Positions 34,818 to 44,841 of a stretch of DNA of 64,000 nt are shown one piece after another. Each line of letters begins with the position of its first letter. The first letter of the stretch is position 1. The stretch comes from Flavobacteriaceae bacterium (GTDB lineage Bacteria > Bacteroidota > Bacteroidia > Flavobacteriales > Flavobacteriaceae): assembly GCA_018401115.1 (NCBI GenBank), contig JAGYKX010000007.1, forward strand, positions 314,815 to 378,814. Reading direction: 5' to 3'. A program made the translations under genes and the position numbers. The notes beneath the pieces were generated by a model. It was not told where the DNA came from. It was given only the letters and a program-made list of their open reading frames with translations, and did not search any database.

Positions 34818-34848
34818 AAAAACCCCAGCCAGTGCTGGGGGTTTTTTT
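34818..34848. terminator. bidirectional intrinsic terminator
   Basis: AAAAACCCCAGC-CAGT-GCTGGGGGTTTTTTT between convergent genes. Confidence 0.8.
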
Positions 34849-34883
34849 ATGAAAAAGGGGGAATGCTAATGAAAGTGTTTTTT

Positions 34884-37397
34884 TTATTCAGAAGGCACCT
34901 CTATATGGTTTCCTAAAAATATAGCATTTAAGAAAAGCCTATTCATTCCGTAATTCACCCCTCTGAAATTAGGGTTGTCTGCAAACATCACCACACGACC
35001 ACTACCTTTAGGGCTCACAATGAGTGAAGCGCTTTTAGGTAAAAAAACACGACTGTTTTTTGGTGAAATATAGCCGTCTAAATGTGGATTGTCTGCATAA
35101 TCTATCACTGTACCATAGGCGCTTTTCGAAGGTGACAGCCAAACCTCATTGTTTTTATACAAAGCAATTCTAGACTGATCGTAACCAAATCCAAGCGGAT
35201 GGGTCAAATCTATATCACCCTTTAAAAATACCCCGCCTAAAGCTTCTCTCCCTATATTTTCTCCAGCGTCTACATAGGGTTTTCTCTGTACTATTTCAGT
35301 GGAGTCTGAGGGGGCCTTAATCAGTTTTTCATTTACAAATTTAGTGTTCACCGCCCACGAAGAACCGCTGCCAATGGTGATTAAAGTGTTTCCTTTAGAC
35401 ACCCAATCATAAAGTTTTTTTGTAAACCGCTCAGACAATGCATACCGGCCAGAGACCATCACTAAAATATTGTAGGCATCTAATGAAACACGGTCTAAAT
35501 TTCTGATAGGTAATTTACTAATAGGCATACCCACGCGAGTGTCCAACAAATGCCAAATCTCTCCTGCTTCATATGAAGAAGTGCCATTCCCAATAATCAT
35601 AGCAGCTTTAGGTACTTGTAGTGGGCGTACATTCCTACTTCCTAAATCTACTCCTGAAAGACTTAAACCAGATTGCACTGCAGACACTGAAACCCCTAAT
35701 TTATTAGGTAAGTCTGCCATAAGGGTAGCTAAACTGTCCTTTGAGATTTTTTGTAATGCCACAGGAATCATCAGGGATCCGTACGAAAAAGACTTTGCGC
35801 CGTCTGAAGTAGACACTTTAAAAGGCTTAAAAGCTGCTGAAAGCACTACGCCATTTTTTTGTAAATGAGCTATGGCTGAAGGTACATTGTAATCTCTAGC
35901 CTCAATAGCATACGCATAGTCTGAAGGGACAAAATCAGATACTTTTACTAAGTCTGCTTCCTTTAATGGGCTGCCCAACTTAGGGAGTTTGGTGAGGGGC
36001 TTATAAGAAATATTAAAAAAATTGGCCACAGACCAAGCGCTTGCGTCGTAATAAACAGAGTCCCTGTATTTATTGTAGGTCTCAAAGAAACTCTGAACCA
36101 TTCGGTATTGCGCCTGAGCGGTAGGCACTACATATTGATCTTTTTCGGTCTCATACACAGAGATCTTATGGGTATTTAATTTCCCAATAAAAGCCTTGGC
36201 TAGGTTTTGATCCGTTTCTTTAAAAGAGTAGCCCTTAATTTTACTAGCTGCTGCATTTGAAAAAGCACTCTTAAAAAAATCCCGCTGATACGCCTGAAGC
36301 ATAGCAGCATTTTCTACTGCTGCTTTCACCGTTGTAATACTAGAAACGTATTGGTTTCTGATTGTAAAAGGAAAGGTAATTTCCCCAAAAGCTGTAGTTT
36401 GTTTTAAACCCCTTGAACTGGCTTGTTCAAACAACAAGGCCAAAGCGCCTTGAAGATCTGGATAGGAAGAGCCGTATCCTGGATATGTGCCGTCAAAAGC
36501 TTCTTTGGTAAAGTACAAAGACCCTATGCTGTCTAGGGCTTTTGAAAAATAACTTCCAAAAAGATCATTTAAGGTGGTATAGTTTTCTTTGGGCATAATG
36601 GGGTCCCAAGAAGCGTTGGGCTTCATGGGCTCAAAAAAATAGGTACTTTGGCTGCCCATTTCGTGAAAATCAGTCACCACATTGGGGTACCATTCATGCG
36701 ACCAGGCCACCTTTCCTTGGCTTTCAGGATTTACGGTTAACAACCAGTCTCGGTTGAGGTCAAACCAGTAATGGTTGGTTCTACCCCCAGGCCAATATTC
36801 ATTGTGCTCTGCATCTTGAGGATCTGCTACCAAGGGACGCCCTTTATAGGTATTGGCCCACTGGGTGTGCCTATCTCTACCATCTGGATTGATCGTTGGA
36901 TCTATAAAAATAACGGCGTTCTCTAGGTATTTTTCTATCTCAGCATTTTTAGAGGCCACAAACGTATAAGCCGCCAAAAGCGCCGCCTCTGAACTGGATG
37001 GTTCGTTTCCGTGTACGTTGTAAGCTAGGTTTATAATCAACGGAAGCGCTTTGTCTTTTGGTGCTTCCCCGCTTTTTACAGAAGCTATATGCGCTGCTTT
37101 AATTTCCGACAATCTAGCGAGGTTTTCAGGGCTACTCACCACTAAAAAAGCCAGTTTTCTCCCTTCGTGTGTTTTTCCGTAGGGCATGATTTGAGCGCGG
37201 TCAGATCCCGCTGCCAATTGTTCTAAATACCCCACGATTAGATCATGACGGCTGTGTTGGCTGCCAATGTCGTATCCTAGAAAAGACGCTGGAGAAGGCA
37301 CCTCCTGACTAAAAGGTGCATATTTTTCATAAAAATAGTCTTGGCCAAAAGCCATACTACTGCAACACAACAGCAGGGTAAATAATCTCAATAACAT
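34884..37397 (-). CDS. M14 zinc carboxypeptidase family protein
   Basis: HGNE, NPDG, DLNRD and DFHEM motifs. Confidence 0.88.
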   Translation of the reverse strand: MLLRLFTLLLCCSSMAFGQDYFYEKYAPFSQEVPSPASFLGYDIGSQHSRHDLIVGYLEQLAAGSDRAQIMPYGKTHEGRKLAFLVVSSPENLARLSEIKAAHIASVKSGEAPKDKALPLIINLAYNVHGNEPSSSEAALLAAYTFVASKNAEIEKYLENAVIFIDPTINPDGRDRHTQWANTYKGRPLVADPQDAEHNEYWPGGRTNHYWFDLNRDWLLTVNPESQGKVAWSHEWYPNVVTDFHEMGSQSTYFFEPMKPNASWDPIMPKENYTTLNDLFGSYFSKALDSIGSLYFTKEAFDGTYPGYGSSYPDLQGALALLFEQASSRGLKQTTAFGEITFPFTIRNQYVSSITTVKAAVENAAMLQAYQRDFFKSAFSNAAASKIKGYSFKETDQNLAKAFIGKLNTHKISVYETEKDQYVVPTAQAQYRMVQSFFETYNKYRDSVYYDASAWSVANFFNISYKPLTKLPKLGSPLKEADLVKVSDFVPSDYAYAIEARDYNVPSAIAHLQKNGVVLSAAFKPFKVSTSDGAKSFSYGSLMIPVALQKISKDSLATLMADLPNKLGVSVSAVQSGLSLSGVDLGSRNVRPLQVPKAAMIIGNGTSSYEAGEIWHLLDTRVGMPISKLPIRNLDRVSLDAYNILVMVSGRYALSERFTKKLYDWVSKGNTLITIGSGSSWAVNTKFVNEKLIKAPSDSTEIVQRKPYVDAGENIGREALGGVFLKGDIDLTHPLGFGYDQSRIALYKNNEVWLSPSKSAYGTVIDYADNPHLDGYISPKNSRVFLPKSASLIVSPKGSGRVVMFADNPNFRGVNYGMNRLFLNAIFLGNHIEVPSE

Positions 37398-37489
37398 AAG
37401 AAAGGGTTTAAAGTTTTACCCTTTAAAGATACCAAAGAATTTTTGCTTAATCTCCTTTCAACTGTTATGAAACACGATAGGATAGAAAC

Positions 37490-38206
37490 CTAAAATAAAG
37501 ATCGGCTATCGGTCACTAAATTACTCCCTTTAAAATGGCCCTTGTCAAAATGTAATCTATTTGCTTTTACCGCTATAGGAAAGGGCATTTTACCCTCCGA
37601 TACAAGCTTTAATACTTTGTTGTTTTTCTTAAAAGTATTGAGTTTTCCGTCTGTTTTTTTATCTAACTTTAATATTAGCGAAGGAGATATTTCAATATCT
37701 GTCTCTATGGTAATCACGAGATTCTTAGCCCACAAAACCCCTGAAATTAGTAAAATTTGATCCTTGTTTGCGTGAGAAAACAGGCTGGGATTGGGATGTA
37801 AATAATCTGCCTGATGTAAATAATTTTCCAAACTCCCCATCACCAATTCCTCAGACTCTGACCCTTCATATGAAATGCTTAAAGATTTTCCAGAGGTAAT
37901 CAGGGTTTCCAAAGAGAGGTTTCCAAGCCCAAAAGCACTTAAAAGCGGTTCCAACAAAGACATTCCCATATTAAACATATATTCGTTTTTATACCTAGAA
38001 GACACTTTTAATGCGCTGTTCTCAGATACCTCAAGGGACTTTTTGGATTCAAATGCATGATTTATGTGAGTATAATACAACTCAATAGGGTTAGCGGGAA
38101 CTTTAAGCCACAACTGCAATAATTTATAACTTCTAATTGGCCCGCCAAGCAGGTCATATCCGTGTTCCCTTAGGTTTTTACTCAAATTTGATTGTAACAT
38201 ATTCAT
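37490..38206 (-). CDS. bacterial gasdermin-like protein
   Basis: L...GY.L...P...LL.L N-terminus, LLISGVLWAKNL and FPIAVKANRL.F match my recollection of the bGSDM pattern. Confidence 0.6.
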   Translation of the reverse strand: MNMLQSNLSKNLREHGYDLLGGPIRSYKLLQLWLKVPANPIELYYTHINHAFESKKSLEVSENSALKVSSRYKNEYMFNMGMSLLEPLLSAFGLGNLSLETLITSGKSLSISYEGSESEELVMGSLENYLHQADYLHPNPSLFSHANKDQILLISGVLWAKNLVITIETDIEISPSLILKLDKKTDGKLNTFKKNNKVLKLVSEGKMPFPIAVKANRLHFDKGHFKGSNLVTDSRSLF

Positions 38207-38383
38207 TTTTTTAACGCTTTACCGCATTTGATTTAAAGATACCTTAAAATCCTGCTTTTTGTCTTTTTGTGTCATTAATCCGAAATAAATGGTCTTTGGC
38301 CGATGTTTTTTTGCATGCACTAATTCATTATCTTTAGGTACTTAACAATTTCCCTAGGTAGGAAAATCAAAAAAAACCAACTC

Positions 38384-41300
38384 ATGAAAAAAATTTTAAT
38401 CCCTTTTTTGGCCTTTTTTATGCTGCTCATATCCGTGGAAGAAGCATCGGCACAAAGAAAAAAGAAGACTGCTGAAGCAAGCTCAGATAAGATCTCGTTA
38501 GACGCATTTAAATTCAGAAACGTGGGGCCTGCATTTTTATCTGGACGTATTTCAGATATTGCCATGCATCCTGAAAACGACAACCTTTGGTATGTAGCAA
38601 CCGCTTCTTCCGGGGTTTGGAAAACAGAAAATGCAGGAACTACCTGGCAATCTATTTTTGAAGGACAAGGCACCTTTGCTGCCGGCTGTGTGACCATAGA
38701 TCCCAATAACCCCAGTACCGTTTGGGTAGGGAGCGGAGAAAATGTAGGGGGGCGTCATATCGCTTTTGGAGACGGTGTGTACAGAAGTACAGACGGAGGA
38801 AAGTCATGGAAAAACATGGGGCTTCCAAACTCAGAGCACATCTCTAAAATTATAGTACATCCAGACAATGCTGAGGTAGTTTGGGTAGCTGCTCAGGGAC
38901 CTTTATGGAGTTCTGGTGGAGACCGCGGCGTTTACAAAACAACAGACGGTGGAAAAAACTGGAAGAAAGTACTTGGAGACAATATGTGGACGGGTGCCAC
39001 TGACCTTTTAATGGATCCAAGAAATGCAGATGTTTTATACGCTGCTACTTGGGACAGACACAGAACAGTAGCTGCCTATATGGGTGGAGGGCCTGGATCT
39101 GGTATTCACCGCTCCACAGACGGGGGAAAAACCTGGACCAAACTTACCTCTGGTATTCCGAATTCAAACCTCGGTAAAATAGGCTTAGCCATTTCCCCAC
39201 AAAAACCAGATGTAGTCTATGCAGCTATAGAATTAGACAGAACTACCGGAGGTGTTTTTAAATCTGACGACCGCGGAAGCTCTTGGAAAAAAATGTCCAA
39301 TACTGTTTCTGGTGGAACCGGACCCCACTACTACCAAGAATTATATGCTAGTCCGCACAAATTTGACCGTTTATACCTCATGAATGTAAGGGTACTGACT
39401 TCAGAAGATGGCGGAGCTAATTTTGTCACTTTAAAAGAATCTGACAAACACTCAGACAACCATGCTATTGTCTTTAAAAAAGACGATCCCAACTATATTA
39501 TGTTGGGAACAGATGCTGGAATCTATGAGAGTTTTGACCTGGCAGATACTTGGAAATATCACAAAAACTTACCGCTTACCCAATATTATAAAGTAGCCGT
39601 AAATAATGCCAAACCTTTTTATCACATCTTTGGAGGGACCCAAGACAACGGTTCTTCTGGAGGGCCTTCTGCTACAGATGAGCGAGAAGGTATTGCCAAC
39701 AAACACTGGTATAAAACCTTATTTGCAGACGGGCATCAGTCTGCTACAGACCCAGAAAATCCAAACATTATATACGCAGAAACACAACAAGGGGGCTTAC
39801 ACAGAGTAGACCTCTCTACTGGAGAGCCTTTAATGATTCAGCCACAAGCTAGGGCTGGTGAACCACACGAACGTTTTAATTGGGACGCCCCTATATTAGT
39901 AAGCCCACACAAAGCTTCTAGACTTTATTTTGCTTCTTACCGTGTTTGGAAGTCGGAAGACAGGGGGGATTCTTGGACCCCTATCTCTGGAGACCTTACT
40001 AGAAATGAAGCGCGCATTGAACTGCCTATTATGGGCAAACAACAGTCTTGGGACAATGCCTGGGATGTGAGGGCTATGTCTAATTACAACACCATTACCT
40101 CTTTGTCTGAATCTGAAGTGCAAGAAGGACTGCTTTGGGCAGGTACAGACGACGGTATTATTCAATACACTACAGATTCAGGAGCCAACTGGACTAAAAT
40201 TCCTGTGACTCGAATGGGATTGCCTTCTAGAGCGTTTGTAAATGATATTAAAGCAGACATATTTGACAAAAACACGGTATATGTGTCCTTAGACAACCAT
40301 AAAGAAGGAGACTACAAACCGTATTTATTGGTGTCTAATGACATGGGTAAAACATGGCGCTCTTTAGGCAAAGATCTCGGAAAACGAAACCTCGTTTGGA
40401 GAATGGTACAGGATTATATTAAAAAAGACCTGCTTTTTGCAGCCACTGAGAATGGTATTTTCACCTCCTTAAACGGGGGCCAAGATTGGCAAAAAATGAG
40501 TGGTACTCCTACCATCTCTTTTAGAGATATTACAATTCAAAGAGAGGAAAATGACTTGGTAGCGGCGTCTTTTGGCCGTGGTTTCTTTGTGTTAGACAAC
40601 TATGCCCCCTTGAGAGACTTCACTGCTGAAAACCTCAGCAAAAAAGCCACTTTATTTGCGCCAAGAACAGCCAAATGGTATGTACCAAGAAGCAATGTAG
40701 GAAACACAGGAGCAGATTATTACTTTGCAGAAAACCCAACTTTCGGGGCAGAATTCACGGTTCATATGAAAGATGAATACAAGAGTTTAAAAGCCAAAAG
40801 ACAGGATGAAGAGAAAAAATTAGGCGCCAATGACAATGTGCCTTTCCCAGGCTGGGATGCATTAGATGCTGAAGCTTCTGAATCGGCTGCCAAATTATTA
40901 CTTCACATCAAAGATGCTCAGGGTAATCTGATAAGAACCATCACGGCTAAGCCTAAAAAAGGTTCTCAAAGAATTGCCTGGGACCTAAGGCATGCCAATC
41001 CATATCCTATAAGAAGTGGAAGCAGTGGGTGGAGATCTGGTGGCCCAATGGCTACTCCTGGAACCTATATGGCACATCTTTCTATGGAAAAAGAAGGCGT
41101 TATTACACCATTAGACGGCCCAGTATCTTTTGAGGTAAAACCCATCAGAGAAGGAGTGTTAAAAGGGGTAGATTACGCCGCGTTTAACAGTTACTTTACA
41201 CGTGTAAAAGCTCTTTTAAATGAAAGTGCTGCCTATGAAGACGCCCTGTCTATGGCAGAAAAAAAACTAGCGATGTTTGAAACAGCCTTGTATAGAACTA

Positions 41301-41632
41301 CTACAGATCCTAAGACTATTTTGTCTCAAATCACCGACGCTAAAAAAGCGTTGGCTGGTTTACGTAAACAAATAGATGGCAGCCCTTCTAAAAATGTGAT
41401 AGGAGAGCGTAATCCCGCTTCGTGGCAAGATCATTTAGGTGTAGCTATGAGAGGCATGGGAACCACCTATGGCCCCACAGCGCTTCACATGCAGAGTCTA
41501 CAAATTGCTGCCGAATTATTGGAAAATATGAAGGCTGCTATTAAAGAGGTGGCTGAAGAAAAAGTCCCTGCTATAGAAGCAGCGCTTAAAAAAGCTGGAG
41601 CCCCTTATATGGCTGGACAAGGCATTGAGTAA
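38384..41632 (+). CDS. VPS10/BNR-repeat glycosyl hydrolase-like protein
   Basis: Signal peptide; many SxDxGxTW Asp-box repeats. Confidence 0.85.
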   Translation: MKKILIPFLAFFMLLISVEEASAQRKKKTAEASSDKISLDAFKFRNVGPAFLSGRISDIAMHPENDNLWYVATASSGVWKTENAGTTWQSIFEGQGTFAAGCVTIDPNNPSTVWVGSGENVGGRHIAFGDGVYRSTDGGKSWKNMGLPNSEHISKIIVHPDNAEVVWVAAQGPLWSSGGDRGVYKTTDGGKNWKKVLGDNMWTGATDLLMDPRNADVLYAATWDRHRTVAAYMGGGPGSGIHRSTDGGKTWTKLTSGIPNSNLGKIGLAISPQKPDVVYAAIELDRTTGGVFKSDDRGSSWKKMSNTVSGGTGPHYYQELYASPHKFDRLYLMNVRVLTSEDGGANFVTLKESDKHSDNHAIVFKKDDPNYIMLGTDAGIYESFDLADTWKYHKNLPLTQYYKVAVNNAKPFYHIFGGTQDNGSSGGPSATDEREGIANKHWYKTLFADGHQSATDPENPNIIYAETQQGGLHRVDLSTGEPLMIQPQARAGEPHERFNWDAPILVSPHKASRLYFASYRVWKSEDRGDSWTPISGDLTRNEARIELPIMGKQQSWDNAWDVRAMSNYNTITSLSESEVQEGLLWAGTDDGIIQYTTDSGANWTKIPVTRMGLPSRAFVNDIKADIFDKNTVYVSLDNHKEGDYKPYLLVSNDMGKTWRSLGKDLGKRNLVWRMVQDYIKKDLLFAATENGIFTSLNGGQDWQKMSGTPTISFRDITIQREENDLVAASFGRGFFVLDNYAPLRDFTAENLSKKATLFAPRTAKWYVPRSNVGNTGADYYFAENPTFGAEFTVHMKDEYKSLKAKRQDEEKKLGANDNVPFPGWDALDAEASESAAKLLLHIKDAQGNLIRTITAKPKKGSQRIAWDLRHANPYPIRSGSSGWRSGGPMATPGTYMAHLSMEKEGVITPLDGPVSFEVKPIREGVLKGVDYAAFNSYFTRVKALLNESAAYEDALSMAEKKLAMFETALYRTTTDPKTILSQITDAKKALAGLRKQIDGSPSKNVIGERNPASWQDHLGVAMRGMGTTYGPTALHMQSLQIAAELLENMKAAIKEVAEEKVPAIEAALKKAGAPYMAGQGIE

Positions 41633-41677
41633 CTGCCCGTGCTTTACCTCTTAAACCAAAGCGCCAATGATTCATTT

Positions 41678-41707
41678 AAAACCCCGCAATAGATGCGGGG
41701 TTTTTTT
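41678..41707 (+). terminator. intrinsic terminator
   Basis: AAAACCCCGCA-ATAGA-TGCGGGGTTTTTTT. Confidence 0.8.
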
Positions 41708-41759
41708 GTAACAATTAACCCCCAAGTTCGTCATAATATAAACCATTAAAAATACCCCC

Positions 41760-42224
41760 ATGAAAAAAATAGCTTTATTATGTATGGTAGCGCTTTTAAG
41801 CTGCTCGTTTTTGAATGCGCAATCTAAAGTAAAAGACCGAGACGTACTGGGTGAATGGAGGCTGTATGTAGACCTTCAAAAAGAAATTCAAGACAAAGAC
41901 AGTGATCTTAACTTTTTAGAAAAAGCCTTAGTAGGTGCTGTATCTGGTATTGTGACCACCGCCATGAATCACGTAGACATTCGTTTTGATTTTAAGCGAA
42001 ATAACGAGGTCTTGTTAAAAATTCACAACAAGGATGAAGACACCACAGAAACAGAAACCCTTAAGTGGTTCATTAACAATCAAGGACAACTGGAAATAGA
42101 CGATATTGACAATGACCATGTGAATGTTCAGCACGACGGTGCCTGGATGCTTCTAGACAAGCAACTGGTAGCGGTAGAAGATGGCAAAGTAAAACAAGCG
42201 GTGTATTTGGAAAAAATGAGATAA
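41760..42224 (+). CDS. exported hypothetical protein
   Basis: 154 aa with signal peptide. Confidence 0.7.
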   Translation: MKKIALLCMVALLSCSFLNAQSKVKDRDVLGEWRLYVDLQKEIQDKDSDLNFLEKALVGAVSGIVTTAMNHVDIRFDFKRNNEVLLKIHNKDEDTTETETLKWFINNQGQLEIDDIDNDHVNVQHDGAWMLLDKQLVAVEDGKVKQAVYLEKMR

Positions 42225-42249
42225 TCCTCTGTTTAAAGGACTGCATTTT

Positions 42250-42432
42250 CTATTGTCCTATAGGCTCCGCTGAAAATTCACTCACCTCATTATAGGAGAC
42301 TCCTATTTGAAACTGAATGGGATTACAACAGACTTCACAGTCTTCAATAAATTCCTGGAACCCTACAGAAGGGTCTATCATTTTAAGCTGGGACTCCCAA
42401 CAATGGGGGCAATCAAAATAGTGTTCTAACAT
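42250..42432 (-). CDS. CPXCG-motif cysteine-rich protein
   Basis: CPHCW...EDCEVCCNPI. Confidence 0.85.
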   Translation of the reverse strand: MLEHYFDCPHCWESQLKMIDPSVGFQEFIEDCEVCCNPIQFQIGVSYNEVSEFSAEPIGQ

Positions 42433-42524
42433 AGCGTTTAAAAATAATAAAAGCTCCTCAATTGAGGGCTTTACTATAAATTTTATTTACAATTCAATTG
42501 TCTGAAAAATTAGTGATTATAACG

Positions 42525-43361
42525 CTAATACGTCCACTCAAGTTTCACTGGAAGATGGTCTGAGATCCATCGGCCATTGGCCCTTTTTTCATCCAAATGT
42601 GTATACTTTAAAGGTGTAAGCCCTCTAAAGAATATATAATCAATTCTGCGGTCTAAAGCCGCTCCTATCACAAATGCGTTAAAAGTCCCTTTTGGGCCCT
42701 CTAAAGCCAAAGCGTCAAGGGGGTCTTTAAAGTCCTTTTTAATAGTTACAATGGGGGCTTCTTCTGGTTGGGTGTTAAAGTCTCCTGTAATCACAACAGC
42801 GCTACCCTTCTTTGTCATTTGATTTATCTTATTAATTATAAGCTTGGCAGATTCATTCCTTGCTATTTTACCTATATGGTCAAAATGGGTGTTAAAATGC
42901 CAGTACTCCCTTCCGTTGTAGTGCGCTTTTAATTTGGCGTAAGTGCAAATTCTAGGCAAAGCGGCGTCCCATGCTTTTGACACTACTTCAGGGGTATCTG
43001 ACAACCAAAAGGTGTTACTTTCTAATACTTCGAACTTTTCTTTTAAGTAAAAAACAGCACTGTACTCGCCTTTACTTGCGCCGTCATCTCTGCCCACACC
43101 CACATAGGCGTATTCAGGCAAAGCCTCAAGAATGTATTGCATTTGAGCCGCTGTAGCTTCTTGAACACCAAAACTATCTGGCGAATGCTGCTGAATCTGA
43201 TCTACCAATTCACTTTTGCGCAAGTCCCAAAGATCTTCTCCGTCGCTCTGGCTATTGTAGCGAATGTTGTAAGAGAGCACTGTGAGATCCTGTGCCACAA
43301 CCGCAGCAGAGAACAGGCAAAGTAAAAAGCCTAATTTTATGTATTTAGTGGTAAAACGCAT
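42525..43361 (-). CDS. endonuclease/exonuclease/phosphatase family protein
   Basis: SYNIRY, QE, GDFN, IDYIF and SDHLPV motifs. Confidence 0.9.
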   Translation of the reverse strand: MRFTTKYIKLGFLLCLFSAAVVAQDLTVLSYNIRYNSQSDGEDLWDLRKSELVDQIQQHSPDSFGVQEATAAQMQYILEALPEYAYVGVGRDDGASKGEYSAVFYLKEKFEVLESNTFWLSDTPEVVSKAWDAALPRICTYAKLKAHYNGREYWHFNTHFDHIGKIARNESAKLIINKINQMTKKGSAVVITGDFNTQPEEAPIVTIKKDFKDPLDALALEGPKGTFNAFVIGAALDRRIDYIFFRGLTPLKYTHLDEKRANGRWISDHLPVKLEWTY

Positions 43362-43530
43362 GATAGTATATTTTTAAAAAATTTATTGCATCGGATTTAC
43401 CCTAAGGGTTTTATGGCCTTTGGCCGATGCCAAAAGTAGACTTAATAAAATTATATGAAACGAAACAACATTACAAAAAAAACCCTTGTGAAATTTTCAC
43501 AAGGGCCTTATAAATTTAGGTTTGGGGAAA

Positions 43531-44043
43531 TTAGTTAGGCATGATTACTGTATTGATCACATGAATCACTCCATTAGAACCCATCACATCTGTAGCAATA
43601 ATTTCACTATAATTTTCTTTAGCATCCTGAATCCAAATTTTTCCATCTTTTTGCATCACGGTAATGCTTTGACCGTTAAGGGTTGGTAGTGTTACTTTTC
43701 CGTTACCTTTTTCAAGTGCGGCTACTACGTCTGCTGCAGCTAATTTTCCAGATACTACATGGTAAGTCAAAATACCAGACAAAGCAGCTTTGTTCTCAGC
43801 TTTTAACAATGAATTTAAAGTAGCACTGTCTAACTTACCAAAAGCGGCATTGGTAGGAGCAAAAACCGTAAAAGGTCCATCTCCCTGTAATGCAGAAACA
43901 AGATCTGCTGCTGTTAATGCAGTTACTAAGGTGGAGAAATCTTCATTCCCAACTGCAGCATCTACAATCGTTCCCTGTGCTTTCACCTGAAAGGAAAAAA
44001 TAGCACTAAATAATAATACGCTTAATACACTTAACTTTTTCAT
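43531..44043 (-). CDS. fasciclin domain protein
   Basis: FTVFAPTNAAF, ILTYHVV and NGVIHVI motifs. Confidence 0.92.
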   Translation of the reverse strand: MKKLSVLSVLLFSAIFSFQVKAQGTIVDAAVGNEDFSTLVTALTAADLVSALQGDGPFTVFAPTNAAFGKLDSATLNSLLKAENKAALSGILTYHVVSGKLAAADVVAALEKGNGKVTLPTLNGQSITVMQKDGKIWIQDAKENYSEIIATDVMGSNGVIHVINTVIMPN

Positions 44044-44198
44044 AATTGATTTTTTAATTATTTCCTACAAAGGTATGCATTAAAGCGTTTGTTTAATTAA
44101 TATTACAAAACTTTAAACAAAATTTAACTTATTGATTTTAAGTTATTTAATTAGATGGGAGCTGAACCTTTTTCTATGAATAAATAGTCTGGGGGAAA

Positions 44199-44230
44199 TA
44201 AAAAAAGCCCCTCTTTTAAGAGGAGCTTTT
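44199..44230 (-). terminator. host terminator downstream of the tRNA-derived att site
   Basis: AAAAAAGCCCCTCTT-TT-AAGAGGAGCTTTT hairpin with the longer T-tract on the minus strand. Confidence 0.7.
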
Positions 44231-44242
44231 GATTCTCGGTTG

Positions 44243-44254
44243 TGGTCCCACCTG
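44243..44254 (-). repeat. att core: displaced 3' end of a tRNA (CAGGTGGGACCA), probably a CAT-anticodon tRNA
   Basis: Reads as the 3' arm of a T-stem, acceptor stem and discriminator with no rest of a tRNA; coincides with the compositional boundary. tRNA identity is from recall only. Confidence 0.7.
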
Positions 44255-44316
44255 TCCTTTAACCACTTAACTATATAATTGATAATCAATTAATTAAAAA
44301 TAAATTACGGACTCAA

Positions 44317-44404
44317 TGAGTTCCAAAGTCTTTTTAAGTTGGAATGTTTTGAGGTTGTGAAAAATATGTGAGTTCCAAGTCACCTCTTGATTTGAGTTCC
44401 AAGT
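44317..44404 (+). repeat. three direct repeats TGAGTTCCAA(GT), putative integrase arm-type sites
   Basis: Copies start at 44317, 44369 and 44393, 60-150 bp inside the att core. Confidence 0.6.
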
Positions 44405-44565
44405 TAAGGTTTAAATAAACTTGGTTATGGTCCAAACAGAACCACCTATCTCAAACATACAACTCGGAGGGGATGTTGAGAAAATTTTATATCATAATTG
44501 AAATGAAAAAATATCCCCTCTTCGTTGTTTAGTATTCATTCCCACACGAAGAACACTATTTCATT

Positions 44566-44841
44566 TTAGAGTTCTTGAAATTGTTTTAATTCGATTTCCC
44601 GAACCATTTCTTTATTCTTGAGGTTATTTATCTCAATCACTTTTTTGTTCAGTAGAAACCCTACAACAGATACTGAATCAATCAATCTTTTATTCTTCCA
44701 TTTGATTCCTTTAATCTTTCCATCTTGAAGATACTGAAAAATGGTTCTTCTACTTACTCCGAGTTCTTGGGAACAATCATCTACTGATATCCATTTATAA
44801 GTTTCAAAACCTTCTAATTTTTGTTCAAATAGATTCTCCAT
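44566..44841 (-). CDS. helix-turn-helix DNA-binding protein (excisionase-like)
   Basis: WISVDDCSQELGVSRRTIFQYLQDGKIKG; adjacent to the att end. Confidence 0.7.
   Translation of the reverse strand: MENLFEQKLEGFETYKWISVDDCSQELGVSRRTIFQYLQDGKIKGIKWKNKRLIDSVSVVGFLLNKKVIEINNLKNKEMVREIELKQFQEL

Noticed and set aside
352..43990. Numerous short antisense or overlapping ORFs in the ORF track (for example 13344-13742, 35539-35868, 38320-38706)
   Set aside because: They are shadow frames of well-supported genes and have no recognisable motifs.
44317..44404. Mini CRISPR array
   Set aside because: Repeats are only 10-12 bp with irregular spacing (52 and 24 bp), and no cas genes are present.
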